A DNA stretch of 64,000 nucleotides. It comes from Macrostomum lignano (lineage: Eukaryota). The stretch's first letter is position 1, and every line of letters starts with the position of its first letter. The notes beneath the pieces are model-generated. The model was given only the letters and a program-made list of their open reading frames with translations. It ran no database searches and was not told where the DNA came from. Shown here piece by piece: positions 35,221 through 48,767 of this stretch. Location of the stretch: NCBI GenBank assembly GCA_002269645.1, contig NIVC01000150.1, positions 310,001-374,000 on the forward strand, given 5' to 3'. Position numbers and translations under genes: made by a program.

Positions 35221-37780
35221 GCGCTTGTAATAACATGGCCATTTGAATATACACATACCGCACGCGAAATACCGCCGATATTGTCGTTTGAGTAACTTTA
35301 AAAATTACACTTACTGACGCATAGCATCCTAAAATTTCAAGTTTAACACAATTACTTGATGCTCCCACCATCTCGTTCTACGTAGTCCCTCATCCCAACT
35401 GTTCCTTTTGTTCGATGTTTAATGCTTGACATGAAATGCTTGTCAATGAATATTACACCCAGTTTTATCCTGCGAAATTTTCTATGGCACTTGAAACTGG
35501 ATGTCAATGCTACATTGTTTTGTAACCTTTGTAAGCTTGTACTCTCTTATATGCAGCTATAATTGCCGAGCATATCCATGAGCACGTACTCATACGAGCG
35601 TAGACTGCTATTTGCACTAGCTAGCTAAGTAAATTTACTCACTAAAGCAAGTGGGGAGGGAGCTGGCCTAGTCTTGCAGATAAGCCGCCGGCTTTTGGTA
35701 CTGCCAGGCGCTGTTATCTTTAGTTCAACTTAGAGGCACCCTGGCACTGCTAAAGAAGACTCTTGAATGTCAGTGAATATAGCAAAATATCAAGTCATAT
35801 TCATTTAAATTTACTACTGAAACAGTAATACTGTACGTCAGTACATGTTTGCGTCCAGCAATTACCTGCTTTCATTTTAGTATTTTTTGTCGAATTCGTT
35901 TAAGCTTTTCATTTGGAGGACAAACAGTGAGACAACCCGTCTCGAATCTGAGTTACCTGATAGGGCTGGCTATCAAGCCAGCCGACTTGAGCCGTTTTGT
36001 ACTGATTTAAGCGAAAAAGCTGCTGTCAAGCTGCTGTCATGCTGTGTCTGCATGAACTGCCCTCTTAACAGCCTACGAGGGCATTTCTGAGACGAGTACA
36101 GTTTATAGTGTACGGTCTCCGAATTCTGAGTCCCGACTCATGCTCGGCTCTCTCTGTTGTAATCTTTCCCCAGGCTGTAACTGCCGCTTAGCAGTCTATT
36201 CCGTAATTTTATTGCTCAGCCCAAGCCTATTTCCTTCTAGTCTTCTTCTCTCACTTCCGAAAGAAGACTATACTCGTAGCTAATTAAATAGTGTACCAAG
36301 AACTTTAAAAGAATAGACGTGAATTGTATAAACATATTCACTAATCATTAAGGGCCGATCGGTTTTTCATATGCAAATTCGTATTTAAGCCTGCATACGC
36401 AGGCTTTGATAAACCGGGTAAATGAAATAACATAAAATTGTTTTCGTTTTCGCCATGAGTCCGAATTCGAATTAGCACAATAGGGTTGAAGTGCATGCTG
36501 CATTGAAAATTGACCACCTAGTCTAGTCCAGACAATCGCAGAAAATGCCCTTCGGCTGCTATTTACTAAATAGCTGAAATTTTACAATGTCTCAAAATCT
36601 AGGTACGAGTATAAAGGCCGCGTCGGCAGTATCAGCTCTGCGCAGAGCAAATATGGGGCTGCTTTTATTGCAATTTTTGTCAATAGACGCTCTCCGCCGT
36701 CTTTTATATAGCCCCACAAGCACCCAAAGCGTGATTGCTTCGATCGGAAGCGAAGCGCAAATTCTGTTTTTAGATTTATGAGCTACAATAGTGGACCATC
36801 TGGAGGTCATTCGCGTTTGACTCATACGATTCAATTGACTCGCACAGGCTTACTTTTAGCGTTGAGCTTAAACCCAGTTAACCTGTGGAGCCAATTTATT
36901 GTGAGCAAAAATAGTGGAAATGATTAAAAAAATCTTTTTTAAAGTTTTAGTTGGTACAGAAACACATTGGCATCGATGTTCTAGCAGTGGGGACATGATT
37001 ACGAGCCTTAGTTATGAGTTGCAGCACTATCCTATAGATGTACGTAATGCAAATTCAGCGGCATAGTGCATTGCTTTGTGCTGAAGCAAGATTGATGGAA
37101 AAGTTTTTTTTCAAAGAAATTCAATGCATTGTGTTTCTCCGAATTAAGTGTATTCTTATGGAACACCGCAGCACCGTTTTGATGCTCGGGTGTTGCACCG
37201 CATTACGTATTCCACTAAATCCCGCTGCCTCATGCAGTTTCTTTATTTCTCTCATTTTCTTCGAAAAGCATCAGAATGTCACTGACAGTCTTCATTTGCC
37301 TCTCTATACCAGTCTCTCTCTCTCCGCTTCTTTTCTTATTATTATTCACTATAAATCTTTTTGTGTAAAATTTAGCTTTTCTAAGGTTTCATTGGGTTTG
37401 CAACACTTTAATGCAAACTGCAGGATAGATAGGGTGGAGGAGAAAGAAAGAAAAAAAGAGGGTAAGAGAGAAACGGTGCGCACAGACAGGCAAGGTAGTG
37501 GCGGTCTCGCCCCTGGGTAGGGTTAGAGTTTCTCGAGACCCCTGCGCTGGGCTTTGACTGGCTAGTTGTCGCCAGCGTGAGAGAGATAAAAAGACAAATT
37601 CAACTGACTGGCTGCTATAGCCATGCAAGTCCCTTAGTTTTCATTTCGAGACTGTCAAAATACAATATCGTCACATGAAATAGGAGTAAAACGTAAAACA
37701 TATTTTGCAGAAGATTTGGACAATAGTTTGCTTTAGCAATGAAAATCGCCAAATAGAATCCTGATAAAAAGCCCTAATTA

Positions 37781-38767
37781 ATGGCTTATAGTCTGCTGCC
37801 GCTGCTGTTGCTGCCGATCCTGTTTCTGACAATAGTGTCGGCGGATTGCGACTTCTTCCCCTGGAAGAATCATGATGACCTTCTGATTGTCTACTCAAGC
37901 CAGCAGGAAAAGGATCTGCGCACCTGGCAGACGGAGCTCTTGGCGCAGTACTCGCCGGCCACCTCCCAGCTGGTCGTCCTGTTCCGAACGCCGCCATCAA
38001 GAGAAAGGCTTGGCCAAGTGAGGCTTTCGTTCGACGCTACCTGTAACTTCAACACAGTATACCATCACCTGCTGTCGCTGAACGATACGGAGTCAATAAG
38101 CGAGAATGTCACCCTAGCAACAGTGGACAAACTCGATCTACCCCAATCGAGCGAGTTCTGCCTCCTCTTAGAGGTGTACACCTACCAAAATGGAGACAGT
38201 GTAAAGCAGCGAGCATTTAGCCCCATGGCCAGAGGCTGTCACGTGAATCTTCATGCAACCGACGCTGCTCACTTCAGCAACCGATCGGCTCTGCCTTTGC
38301 CAGTTGCTCAACTGTTGAAGCACCGATACGGTCTATTCGTAACTGACAACTGCTGCCTGCAGTACGCCGGATCTTCAAACCATCAAATGCAGCCATCGCA
38401 AGCGTCTCCGCTAACATCGAAGACGCTGACTTCAATGCGAGTTTCGCCGCAGTTGCTAACTGGGCTATACGCTCTGGTTGCTGTGCTCAGCCTGCTGAGT
38501 CTGATGCTGCTCATCTGGCTGGCTCGATATCTAGTTGCTTCGTTAAAAAAGTTCAAAGCCGCTTGCAAAGCGCAATACAGAGAGCTGGCGCTACGGCAGC
38601 GTCTGCGAGCTGCACAAATGCCAGTCTGCCGAGCGCAGGAGCTGCTCCCTGCTGACCTGGCCGGACCTCCGTACCACCACCTGCTGACCCACTGTAAGTC
38701 GGTGCGCACCCGGCAGAGAATCGCAACAATGGTACCTCCTAAGCATGAACGCCTGCCGAATGTTTAA
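37781..38767 (+). CDS. Putative single-pass type I membrane protein of unknown family (328 aa)
   Basis: Signal-peptide-like N-terminus, Cys-containing ectodomain, TM segment LYALVAVLSLLSLMLLIWLA and a basic stop-transfer segment. The ORF is uninterrupted. Confidence 0.65.
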   Translation: MAYSLLPLLLLPILFLTIVSADCDFFPWKNHDDLLIVYSSQQEKDLRTWQTELLAQYSPATSQLVVLFRTPPSRERLGQVRLSFDATCNFNTVYHHLLSLNDTESISENVTLATVDKLDLPQSSEFCLLLEVYTYQNGDSVKQRAFSPMARGCHVNLHATDAAHFSNRSALPLPVAQLLKHRYGLFVTDNCCLQYAGSSNHQMQPSQASPLTSKTLTSMRVSPQLLTGLYALVAVLSLLSLMLLIWLARYLVASLKKFKAACKAQYRELALRQRLRAAQMPVCRAQELLPADLAGPPYHHLLTHCKSVRTRQRIATMVPPKHERLPNV

Positions 38768-41099
38768 ACACTATACGCGTATGAGGTTGAGCACAGTATG
38801 ATTCGTAACAACTTTTAATTCAGCTCAATCAAGAGCATTCGAAGCTGTTGCGCTTTACTTTCAGGTAGACTATACCGAAAACTTTTCGTCAGGGAAAGGA
38901 GACAAAAGATTTTGCGTGGCTTGTTTTAACGGACGATTTAGTAAAGTAATGCTGCTTGTAATTTAGGAATTTGTAAATGGAATTCGTATTCTAGTGATGT
39001 TTTTATCCAAAAATTCAGGCGAAGGTTGTTGTTTATTATTAATAAAATGACCAACACCAACTAACCAACCAAACCTAAAACCAACTAAAAAGGAGCGGTA
39101 TATTTAGTTGGGGGAAAGAAATACGCAGTTTAAATTTTAATTAATAAAGAACTACTTGCACACCTCACAACAGAATGCCCTGTCAAGACAAAACAACGAA
39201 TTCAATGCTTGAATGTATATCTAAAATCATTATCAGTACATGTCAGTTCGCGAATCTATATTGTTGCTTTGTAAAAGTAGAAAAAGCTTTTTTGTAAAAT
39301 ATAACAAATCTTAGTGTTCACTAAATAATTAAGTTATTATTTTGTTATTCCTGATAAGTAATGGTTTTAGCTTTGCTAAAATTTTGCGTTCAAAACCGTA
39401 TTTTGAGCGATTTAACGCTTAAAGTTGAGTGATCTGTAAATTATTAACTGGTGGATTGTGCTGGGTCACTACCCAATATCAGTTCGATATCAATCAATAT
39501 AAACTGATCTGCACTCTGCACATGACTGACAGTTTATTTGATTCAGCAATAAAAGCTGGTCTCGTAAGAAGGTCGAAGAACTGTTGTTTGCAGATTAAAA
39601 ATTCAAACTTTAAAAGGTTATGGCTTTTTAAATTAAGATAAAAATTTCTTATGATAGAAATTTTATAGCAATTTTAAATTAATTTTCGAATGTAAAAATA
39701 AGAGTGGCTGAAAATTTGATAAAACTTAAACGATTTGTCCTAGGGGGCACGGGTATATCAGTTTAGGAGATCTTGGCGCGGTTCCAAAAAGGGCCGGGAC
39801 AGAAACTTGTGCTTTTGCAGAAACTGTCAGTAGCGGGGGGGCTGTTGGATGTTTCTTACAAATTGTTTATTCAGGCGATGTGAAATTCAAGTGTGTGTTG
39901 GAATTCTATCTGGTGAAATGCTCTTAATGGACGCACGGAACTTACCATTATCATTATTATTCCGTTGGATGACTAGATCACATGATTCGTTTGGTGAAAT
40001 AATGGTGGTGCCGACAGTGAAGTGCCCATTGTGGGACAGTCAAGTGCTGTCTGGGAGTTTCACTATGCAAGCATATTTGTACTATTTATATCTGTTGTAT
40101 TCGAATACTATTGGAGAAGCTGAGCGGTGTAGAAACTGTAAAAGTACAGCGTTTCAGTTCGCTTGCACCAACAAGCTGCCCAATGTAACTGAGAGGCATC
40201 AGGTGCAAATAGATATTAGTTTAGCTGTCACATCAATCCGAGTTTACTTTCAAATGATAGGTTCATTGGCTTCAAGCAAAATAGCTGGTCTAACAGTTAA
40301 CAGCAGAAAAGCAAGTTTAAATAAAAACGTTTATCGATGCTTGCGCTTTCCTTTCTATTGGGAATTTTCAACAAACAAGTGTCCCAAAATTTTGCGAAAT
40401 TCTCCTCCTTTACTCTTAAATGTAAAATCGATTTTCCGGAGATACGGGGGCTAATTACAACATCGGAAATTCAAAATAGAACTGCAAATTTAATTTGGTC
40501 AAGACAGGCCATTTGAAAACAAGTTGTCAGTCTAAATGGAACGAAAGCAACGCTTGAATGTTTAATACAAACGAGCGTTTCTGTATTAAATCAACTAAAA
40601 GTCATCAATCAAAGTCAATCTTTTTTCTTTCTAATTCCTTCTATTCTGTCCGCTGCTCATTTAAAAGCGACCGCTTTTAGACAAAACAAACAACTGTTTT
40701 CATATCTATTTAATGAAGAGATAGTGCACGGCTTGAGATTATTGCAAGATCAAGTCGTGCATCTATCACATTACCGACTGGTATAGCCAACTGTGGAGAA
40801 GAATTCAAATTTACCAATATCACTTAGCGTGCATTAATGCGCGATTGTCTGCACGCCGATTGACGCTTTAGTCGATCAGCTTGAAATAATGATATATTCT
40901 TCTGCACTATTTTTGAGTGTTATTGTTATTAGCGCGCGAGCGCGATACCGACCGCTGCATATGGTAGGTAGTTTGACCTGTACTTTTGCCCACCATATTC
41001 GTGTCTCTGTGAACACATTTGATTCTAGACAAATCAGTTGCCAACTTTTCTTAAACTGCAGAGTAACTAGAGCGTGCCACCTGGATACCTGTGGCCAGA

Positions 41100-41230
41100 C
41101 TATCCAGGAGATCTTGCTCATCACTGGGCGAAGGTGTGAGCGAACTGTTAAGTGCTACTTATCGAGGCGACGTGATCGCAGTTTGTATAGGGCATCTCTG
41201 GCTGTGGATCAGGCGCTGAATCATACAGTT
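41100..41230 (+). pseudogene. Crypton YR C-terminal remnant
   Basis: ITGRRCERTVKCYLSRRRD parallels the GH...RYL..RD box of the other copies. Confidence 0.5.
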
Positions 41231-41623
41231 TCGGAAACTAATGTCAATAAGATCGTTAAGCTAGCTCGTCCAAAATCCAATCACAATAAGCGAGGCTACG
41301 ATGGAGGAATGTGCGGATGTTTATCAAGAGCCTGTCCAGACCGACGGCGCACTACGTGTGCAGGCTGCTCCATCAAAGAAGATGAAAGTGACCATTGGCG
41401 GCAGTCGCAATCTGATCGATATTCTTTTTGAGTGACGTTTCTGTGTAGGCCTGGTATTAACTGATTAACATACGATTTCTTTGTTTAACAGTTTTTGATG
41501 TTTTTCTAACATAAAAAAATAAAATTTACCCTTTGTTATTGTTTAAATTGCCGTTGCGTGTTAATGTCCAAAATGAAATTAACACGCATCCCACGCGCGT
41601 GTTATTGTCACCAAAAGTGCATA

Positions 41624-42530
41624 GCAATGGATAAATAATCAGCGGTCCCAGTGCGTGACAACGATTGTCTAGCGAGCACGCACTGTAGGCCGGTAGGCGC
41701 TGTGCGACTGTGACTGAGACTGCGCACTCTATCATTTTATTTTCGACTCTAGCCTCAAGGTTAGCAGTCAAGCAAAGACTGTATGTGTGCGTGTTTCTGT
41801 CTATGTCATAGAATGCGATATATTTTGTATTCACTGTATTTTCTTTCATGCTGAGAGCCAAGCCCGCAACTGAGAAATATAAGAGCCTGGAACAGAGGAA
41901 TCCCAGACAAGACTAACGCAGGCAGACTTGCTGCTACAATATGGAAGACCCGATCTCTTTGCCTTCCGATAGCTGAATCACAGCCCGCTTCATAGGCAAC
42001 AGGCGTGAGCCAGAAAATCGTTGTCACGCACTGGACCGCTGATTATTTGCATTGTTTTTCTATTTGACGATCCTACAGACAATGCATTGCTTGTAGTAAT
42101 AGATTGTTCTGCATTAAAAATGTGAATAATGATCGTCAAATTGCTAGACAATGCGCGATTGTCTGCACACTGATTGATCTGCCAAGTATTTTTGTTCAAA
42201 GTATTTTAACGTCTATGGTAAAAACCATGATTATCTGCATTCACTTGTTGGCTCTACCATTCGGCAATGGATAAATAATCTTCGGTCCCAGTGCGTGACA
42301 ACGATTGTCTGGCGAGCGCCGGTAGGCACGCACTGTAGGCCGGTATGGCACTGTATGGCGCGAGCCATAGGCACTGTATGGCGCGAGCCATAGACAAATC
42401 GTTGTCACGTGCTGCGACCGCTGATTCTTTACATTGTTTTTCTGTTTGACGATCCTACAGACAATACATTGTTTGTAGTAATGGGTTGTTCTGCATTAAA
42501 AATGTGAATAATGATCGTCAAATTGCTAAA
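41624..42530. repeat. Cluster of alternating inverted/direct ~40-130-bp repeats
   Basis: GGATAAATAATC..CGGTCCCAGTGCGTGACAACGATT at ~41628 and ~42269, with reverse complements at ~42017 and ~42397. The 42017-42150 block repeats at 42397-42530. Confidence 0.8.
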
Positions 42531-42788
42531 AAATGGAGAGAATCTGTCGTTGAGTTGCACTGTTGGCTAGTCAATATGACAATGTGATAGAAGCACGTCT
42601 TGCAAGTGCAATAATGCCTAGACCACGGGTGCGAGTTTCTATGGATTTTGCCATAGACGCACGAGTTTGCGTGTAGGAAAATCATTGTCTTTTGACCATA
42701 AACAAAGTCATTCCTGCACGGTTTTCGAGAAACGTTAAGAAGAGATGAAAATTGAGTGGAGAGTTTATAGAAAAGTGTATAAAGCTTA

Positions 42789-44386
42789 TTGACTATGGCG
42801 TCTGTAATCGACTCGGCTCTGAATCCTCCATTAATTGATTTTCGCTACGCTACGGTGTCTGGATTAAGTGGCGACGAAATGTTTATTGAAAGTGTGTCCA
42901 GCAACTTTGAGAGGACGGGCGACGATTTGACTGCACTGATAGCGGATTGCACGTTCAGCGAGGAATTAGAGAAACTTTTCAGCTCGATCCGGAAACCTTG
43001 TGTAACCTTGACGAATTGGAAAGTCTGCCGCTCAACTGGAACGCGACAACGAATGTCATTCGACTGTCTCTAAGGAGAAAGCTGTGATCAACCGCTTGAC
43101 AGCCTGGTTGGCGGAGAATAATTTAAAAGTGGATTACGCGACTGCTTCGGTGGAGGAAATTTCCAAATGGGTCCGCTACTTCTATGCGACTCTGCGTAAG
43201 TCAGACGGCAGCTTCTATTCGCCGAATACAATCGTAGGAATTCGAGCCGCACTGTTCAGGTACTTTATGAAATTACGTGGCCTGAATATCATCGCTCATA
43301 AGGCTTTTGAGGAATTTGATGGTGAAGAATGTTTGCAATGCGTATTTGAAGTCCGGTGGTCGAGTGCAGCATTACGAAGCCATTGAGTCGGACGACCTTG
43401 TCAAGCTTGCTTCTTACTTCGACAGAAGCACTCCAACACGTTTGCAAGAAGAGGTATATTTCAATGTGTTATTTTATTTCGGCAATCGCGGCAGAGAATG
43501 GCTACGAGGTCTCACTGTTCGTTCATTCCGAGAGAAGGCCCTATCAAACGGAGCTATGGCGATCGAGTTGCAAGGCAGCACCTCAAAGAATGTAAAAGGC
43601 TGAGTGACATGCGACTCTGCGACGACAATAAACAGGCCTTGATGGTGGCCAAGCCGGAGTCAAGGCACTGTCCAGTTCAGGCCTTCCAGCTTTATTTGTC
43701 GAAAATTACTGCCGTGCCGGGTTGGAATCAGTCCGAGGACTTCTTTCTGCGTCCGAAACCACGAGTGAATGCCGATGGCATCTGGTACACCAAAGTACCA
43801 GTTGGAATCAACACTTTGGGGCCGTTGCTCAAGAAGATCTCTTCGAATGCTAACCTGTCCAAGCTGTACACTCCGCATTGTGTGCAACCTACAGTTGTTA
43901 CGGAGCTGCATGAAGCTGGCTTTTCTGTCGAAAAAATTGCGAAGGTGACAGGTCACAAGGTGAGCAATTCTTTATTCTTAGTAAGTTTATTGACACATGG
44001 ACAAGGAATTTATTAAACACCACCTCTATTCACAGAATAGCGCGTCGGTAGAACGATACATCCGGAGAGGCAAGAAGAGGGACTCGATCATGGCAGGGAT
44101 GAGTGATCAGCTGACAGTCGCTCTAGCTGGAACTATGCCGGCACCAAGTTCTACATTGAGCGAAGCTCCTGCAAGGGCTGTTACAACTACCGACCCGTGC
44201 GCCCTGAGCGACGCTCCTACAAGGGCTGTTGCGACTACCGACCCGTGCGGATCAGCGTCAATGTCAACTGTCAAGAAGTCACTGGTTGTTGAAGAATCGA
44301 CCACCACACTTGTAGCAGCCCCCACTAAGCGGATGAAGATTTTGGCAAACGGCGAAACGAATGTTGTGCAGTTTATTTTCGAGTAA
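42789..44386 (+). mobile_element. Crypton YR copy D, frameshifted, with a 76-nt intron (43960-44035)
   Basis: YFYATLRKSDGSFYS, FYFGNRGREW, CPVQAF..YLSK, WYTKVPVGINTL, TPHCVQ (Arg II is Gln), VTGHK|intron|NSASVERY. Confidence 0.85.
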
Positions 44387-44817
44387 ATGCCGAGAGGGGT
44401 GTGAGTAGGTCTATAGACTCATTAACTGTTTCCCTAGTTCCACTTATTATCCTTTTTGTTCTTCCATATTGTTATTGATTACATATTCAGTTGCTTCTAA
44501 AAATAAATTGTTAAATCGTGCAGGAATGAAGTCATTCCTGCACGATAAGCTAACGTATGTCAAGTGATTTCTACCATAGACACAGACATTCCTGCACTAT
44601 AATAAATCGAAAAAATCATTCCTGCACGCTGTGGTCAAACGACAATGCTGACTCGGTCATAGACAGTTGTGGGCGTAAATTTATTTAACAAAGCAACGGT
44701 AAAATATTAAGCGCGACAACAGTTTAGAGTTTTTTATTTAAAGCAGTAAGTTTGAATTTTAGATGCCGGTGAACCATCACTTAGAAAAAGTAAAAGAGCA
44801 GTTCTCGAACTTGCACT

Positions 44818-45620
44818 CTATGAATATAGATCCCATGGAACTCGTGACACCGATTGATCGATTGGATATCGATTGGATTGCTGCCGGCGTAGCAACCACA
44901 GGTTCAAGTGATTCGCCGTAGGTAGGCTCAGTTGCCGATGCTGAAGTTGACGACGGACCAGCACGCTTGCAGACTTCACGAGAGCCTGGCCGATGGACGA
45001 TGACGCCTCCCGTACGACATTGTCACGTTTCCGTGATAGGTAGCGTCGCATAGTTGCTTCGTTTTGCATTTATCATTTTCAATTTTTCGCTTGACAAGAA
45101 AAAATAATGTCAATGGTGTCTGTCTGTCTGTTATCGTATAAATAGTACACACAGGCTCTTACAAGCTTCGATCTGACCAAGAAAAAACTTGTCTATGGCC
45201 TCAAGAAACCGAAATTTCTCGTATTTTTAGCGTTGAACAATCAGATTCGCTTTATCGTTGAACAATGATGGATTGCAGCTTTCGCAGTGTGTCTTCATTC
45301 AATACCATGCTTAATTTTTTCAATTCCCCGACAACTGTATTACTAGCTTGACTGAAGCAGAAATTGCAGCATGCTAAACGTTATACCTATCGTCATTTTT
45401 GAGTTGCATGAACCTGGCTTTCGCTTGGAGCAGATATCAAAAATCAAAAACTGTCCACCAGTAAATTATTACATTTGTATTATATTCTTTACTTAAAAGT
45501 GATTCTACATACATACATTCATGCATAATTTCTTTAGTTACCTAACTAACGGCAAGCGAAAGGCAAATAAACTGGGCAAGATGTCAGACGGTCTGTCTAC
45601 TTCGCTATACGGAGCCAGTT
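44818..45620. pseudogene. Two further Crypton C-terminal remnants (- at 44818-45069; + at ~45400-45620)
   Basis: NEATMRRYLSRKRD and FELHEPGFRLEQISK...YLTNGKRK. Confidence 0.5.
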
Positions 45621-45725
45621 CGTCGTCTGTAACTAACGAGACGTGTGTAGCCATAGTCAAACTATGTGATGATAAGATTCTGCGGGGGACTCAATGTCTA
45701 TCTCCGGTGTTGTGTGTATAAGAAA

Positions 45726-45829
45726 ACACATAGAGTTGAGGGATGTATTTTTCTTAAAGCCCTCGGGCCTTAAGTTAAAACAAAGCGGCCCTCGGAGCAT
45801 AAATAAATACATCCCTCAACTCTATGTGT
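45726..45829. repeat. Inverted repeat with 25-bp perfect arms enclosing two GCCCTCGG boxes
   Basis: ACACATAGAGTTGAGGGATGTATTT / AAATACATCCCTCAACTCTATGTGT. Confidence 0.9.
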
Positions 45830-47065
45830 CATCTCACTTAAATTCATGTGCTAAAAATACAACCCGCTAATTTATATAACAGCTAGTAAGAAATCTCCGG
45901 GTTGTATTTAATTACAACCCGCAAATTGGCCATAGACATCAATACTGTATTGGGGTGTGGGGGCAAAGCCCCCACATTCTGTACCATAGACATATTTTAT
46001 AAAGACAGACAGATAATGTGACAGATAAATAGCATGAAAGCCTCACTGAAACAAATTTAACTTCAATTAATTGACTCTAGTTAATTTCACTTTAACTGAA
46101 ACAAATAATGGCAGACCGAAGACTTTTTTTAAACCCGTTGGTTGATTTTTCCAAAGACTACGTCGGAGACTGTGATCCAAATGTCTGGGCAGAGAAATGG
46201 ACATCTGTTGGGGATAAAGAGGATCAGGAGGACCACGGCATACGAAATCGTGCCCGCTGTGCTGCAAGCTCCCGCCGCCCATGTCCAGATACCTAACCTA
46301 ACTAATGTGTATTCGTAAGACGGTTCGTTCCGTCTAATCGTATATTTGTGTTAAAAAAGGAGCAGAAATAATTCGTTATCGTAGGAGCCCTTGTCTCGCT
46401 CCGCTCCTTCGTTAGTTAATTCCATTTTCTCTAGTGCGCCCAGCTCTTTAGTAACTGTCTGGGTCTTGGAGAATTATGACCATAGATAGTTCAATCGCAT
46501 TCGTAAAGTTTACAGTTAAAATCCATATCACATCTAACCTAGATGTGACCTAGAAATAGGTCACCTAGATAACCTAGAAATCTAACATCTGCGTGTTATT
46601 TAAAAATACGAGTACAATACTTCTTTTGAACCATTAACAGTGCTACGTGTTTACGGTATTTTTCTGAAACATACACAACCAAGAACAGACGTAATAAGGT
46701 AGCAGTCAAAACTGATTGTAAACTGTTCAATATTGATTAGGAGTTGTCAAAAATGAAGCGGACTTTTGGGGTACACAAGCCATAGAGTGTCAGTTTTGAA
46801 GCAACTCTGTCAAAATAGAATCGGACTTTGCGGCCCAACCAGTCAGGCTATTTTAGTTTGTGTGTAAAAGGATGGAGAAAAATTTCCTTTCTTATAGACA
46901 GTCCTCAGCCGTTCCTAGGCCAAAGAAACGAAATCAAGTGGGGATTATAATATTTAATTGCCGCAGCCAGCGGGAGGAAATGAGAACTAAGCCTCGGCCA
47001 TAGACTATTGGCTATAAAGCTCTATAAAGCCGAATATTCTGTGTAAGATCAGAAAAGCTTCAGTT

Positions 47066-48448
47066 GTGTGTAGCTTGGTACCGAATATGGGTGACACCTC
47101 TGCTGCTGTCGTTGTTGAAGCCCCGTATATGGAGATTTCGCCGGACCTACTGGATTTCATCCTGAAGCCCGGGGATAACGCTGGACCTATTGAAGCCTCT
47201 CTCACTGGCTGGTTCGAGCAACTTTCGGAGAATGAAATTGCCAGACACATTGAAGAGACCGTGCCGAAGACCACCAAGAAAAAGGCGCAGTGGGCCTTTT
47301 CCGTCTTCCGCGAGTGGCATGACGAGAAGAAGCGTGCCTGGCGATGGGTGAAGGCCCGTCACTTATGGTTCTCGCTGAGCTGGAGGATGCTAGCAAATGT
47401 GACCTGAATTACCTGCTGAAATTTTTTGTTATGGAGGCCCGGAACAAAGATGGTGAGCGCTACTCTGCGTCGACGCTGAAGGATCTGTATTCAATGCTAC
47501 AGTATCACTGGCAAAACACGTTCAAGAAGAATTGGAGCTTCTGGCTTGACAAAGAGTTCGCCGACAGTAAACGTGCTCTAGATGCAGCCATGAAAATCTC
47601 GACCAAGGCTGGAAATGGTGCAGGATTGCGGAAGGCAGATGTGATCCCCGAGTCTATTGAAGAGAAGCTTTGGATCGAAGGTGTGCTTGGAGTGAAGGAA
47701 CCCAAGATGCTGGTGATCACGCTTGTTTGGCTCGTTGGCAAACACTTTGCATTGCGTGGTGGCCAGGAGTTACGAGATCTGCTGTTCGATCGCCAAATCA
47801 AGCTTGAGACGGTTGACGATGAAGTGTCTGAAGTATGTGGACAATGCCGTGACCAAAACTCATCAGGGCGGCTTACAAGGACTACGAAGGGACCCCAAAG
47901 TCGTTCGTGCTTTCCACACTGAGAATCACCAAAAATGCATTGTGTGCGTCTACAAGCAGTACGTCTCTGTGCGTCCTAATGAGTGCAACGAGGCGCTGTT
48001 TCTGGGATGGAATCGAAACTGGAATGGCCAGTCTGGATCTGCCTGGTTGACAAGGGCACCGATTGAACGTCATTCATTGGCAACCGTCGTCAAGGACGCC
48101 GTGGCCGTGGTTGCTCCCTCTGACACGGGACGCTACTCGAATCAGAGTCTCCGTAAGAGTTGCGCAACCCGCCTCCGCGAGGCTGGTATAGAACGGGCGG
48201 ATATCTGCCGTGTGACTGGCCACAGCTCCAGTGCAGTGGAAAAGTACATCGGTACCTCGGTGACCATGGAGAAACGCACGAGTGCACTGTTGAGTGGTTC
48301 CTCAACCGGCCAACCGGTGAGTGAGTCTCGGGTGACTGCAGCGCAGGTGCAAGTGCCCTTGCCTCCTCTGGAGGTGCAGGCTCCTACGAAGAAAATGCGC
48401 ATAGAGGCTTTTGGAGACAGCAACAGAGTGGTGTTCCACTTTGATTAG
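47066..48448 (+). mobile_element. Crypton YR copy E (same subfamily as A), two frameshifts
   Basis: EARNKDGERYS, HFALRGGQE, SNQSLRK, VTGH and EKY. Frameshifts at ~47342 and ~47825. Confidence 0.85.
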
Positions 48449-48767
48449 TTTCATCCTCCCTCCTTCGCTGACTCCCTCTGACACCATCTGATACAAGACT
48501 GCTTATAACTGTTCGTTGTTAGATTTTTCACTTTCGATCCCCATTTGTTGCTATTCAGTGTTGTGAAACCGGTCTTGTTTCAAAAGTATAACAGCATCTT
48601 TGAGTTTCTACCATAGACAATTATTTCTTGGCCTCCAAGAAACGCCTGATGGGAGTCTCAACTCATTTGAAAGAATGTTTTTTTTGCCATAGACAATTAT
48701 TTCTTGGAGTCCAAGAAATGAAAATACACAGAGGAGATAGGCAGCTGGCCGGGCCAAAGCGGAGATT

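Noticed and set aside
36592-36834. Possible hAT C-terminal dimerisation fragment on the minus strand
   Set aside because: Only a vague resemblance; no ERxFS motif, TIRs or TSD.
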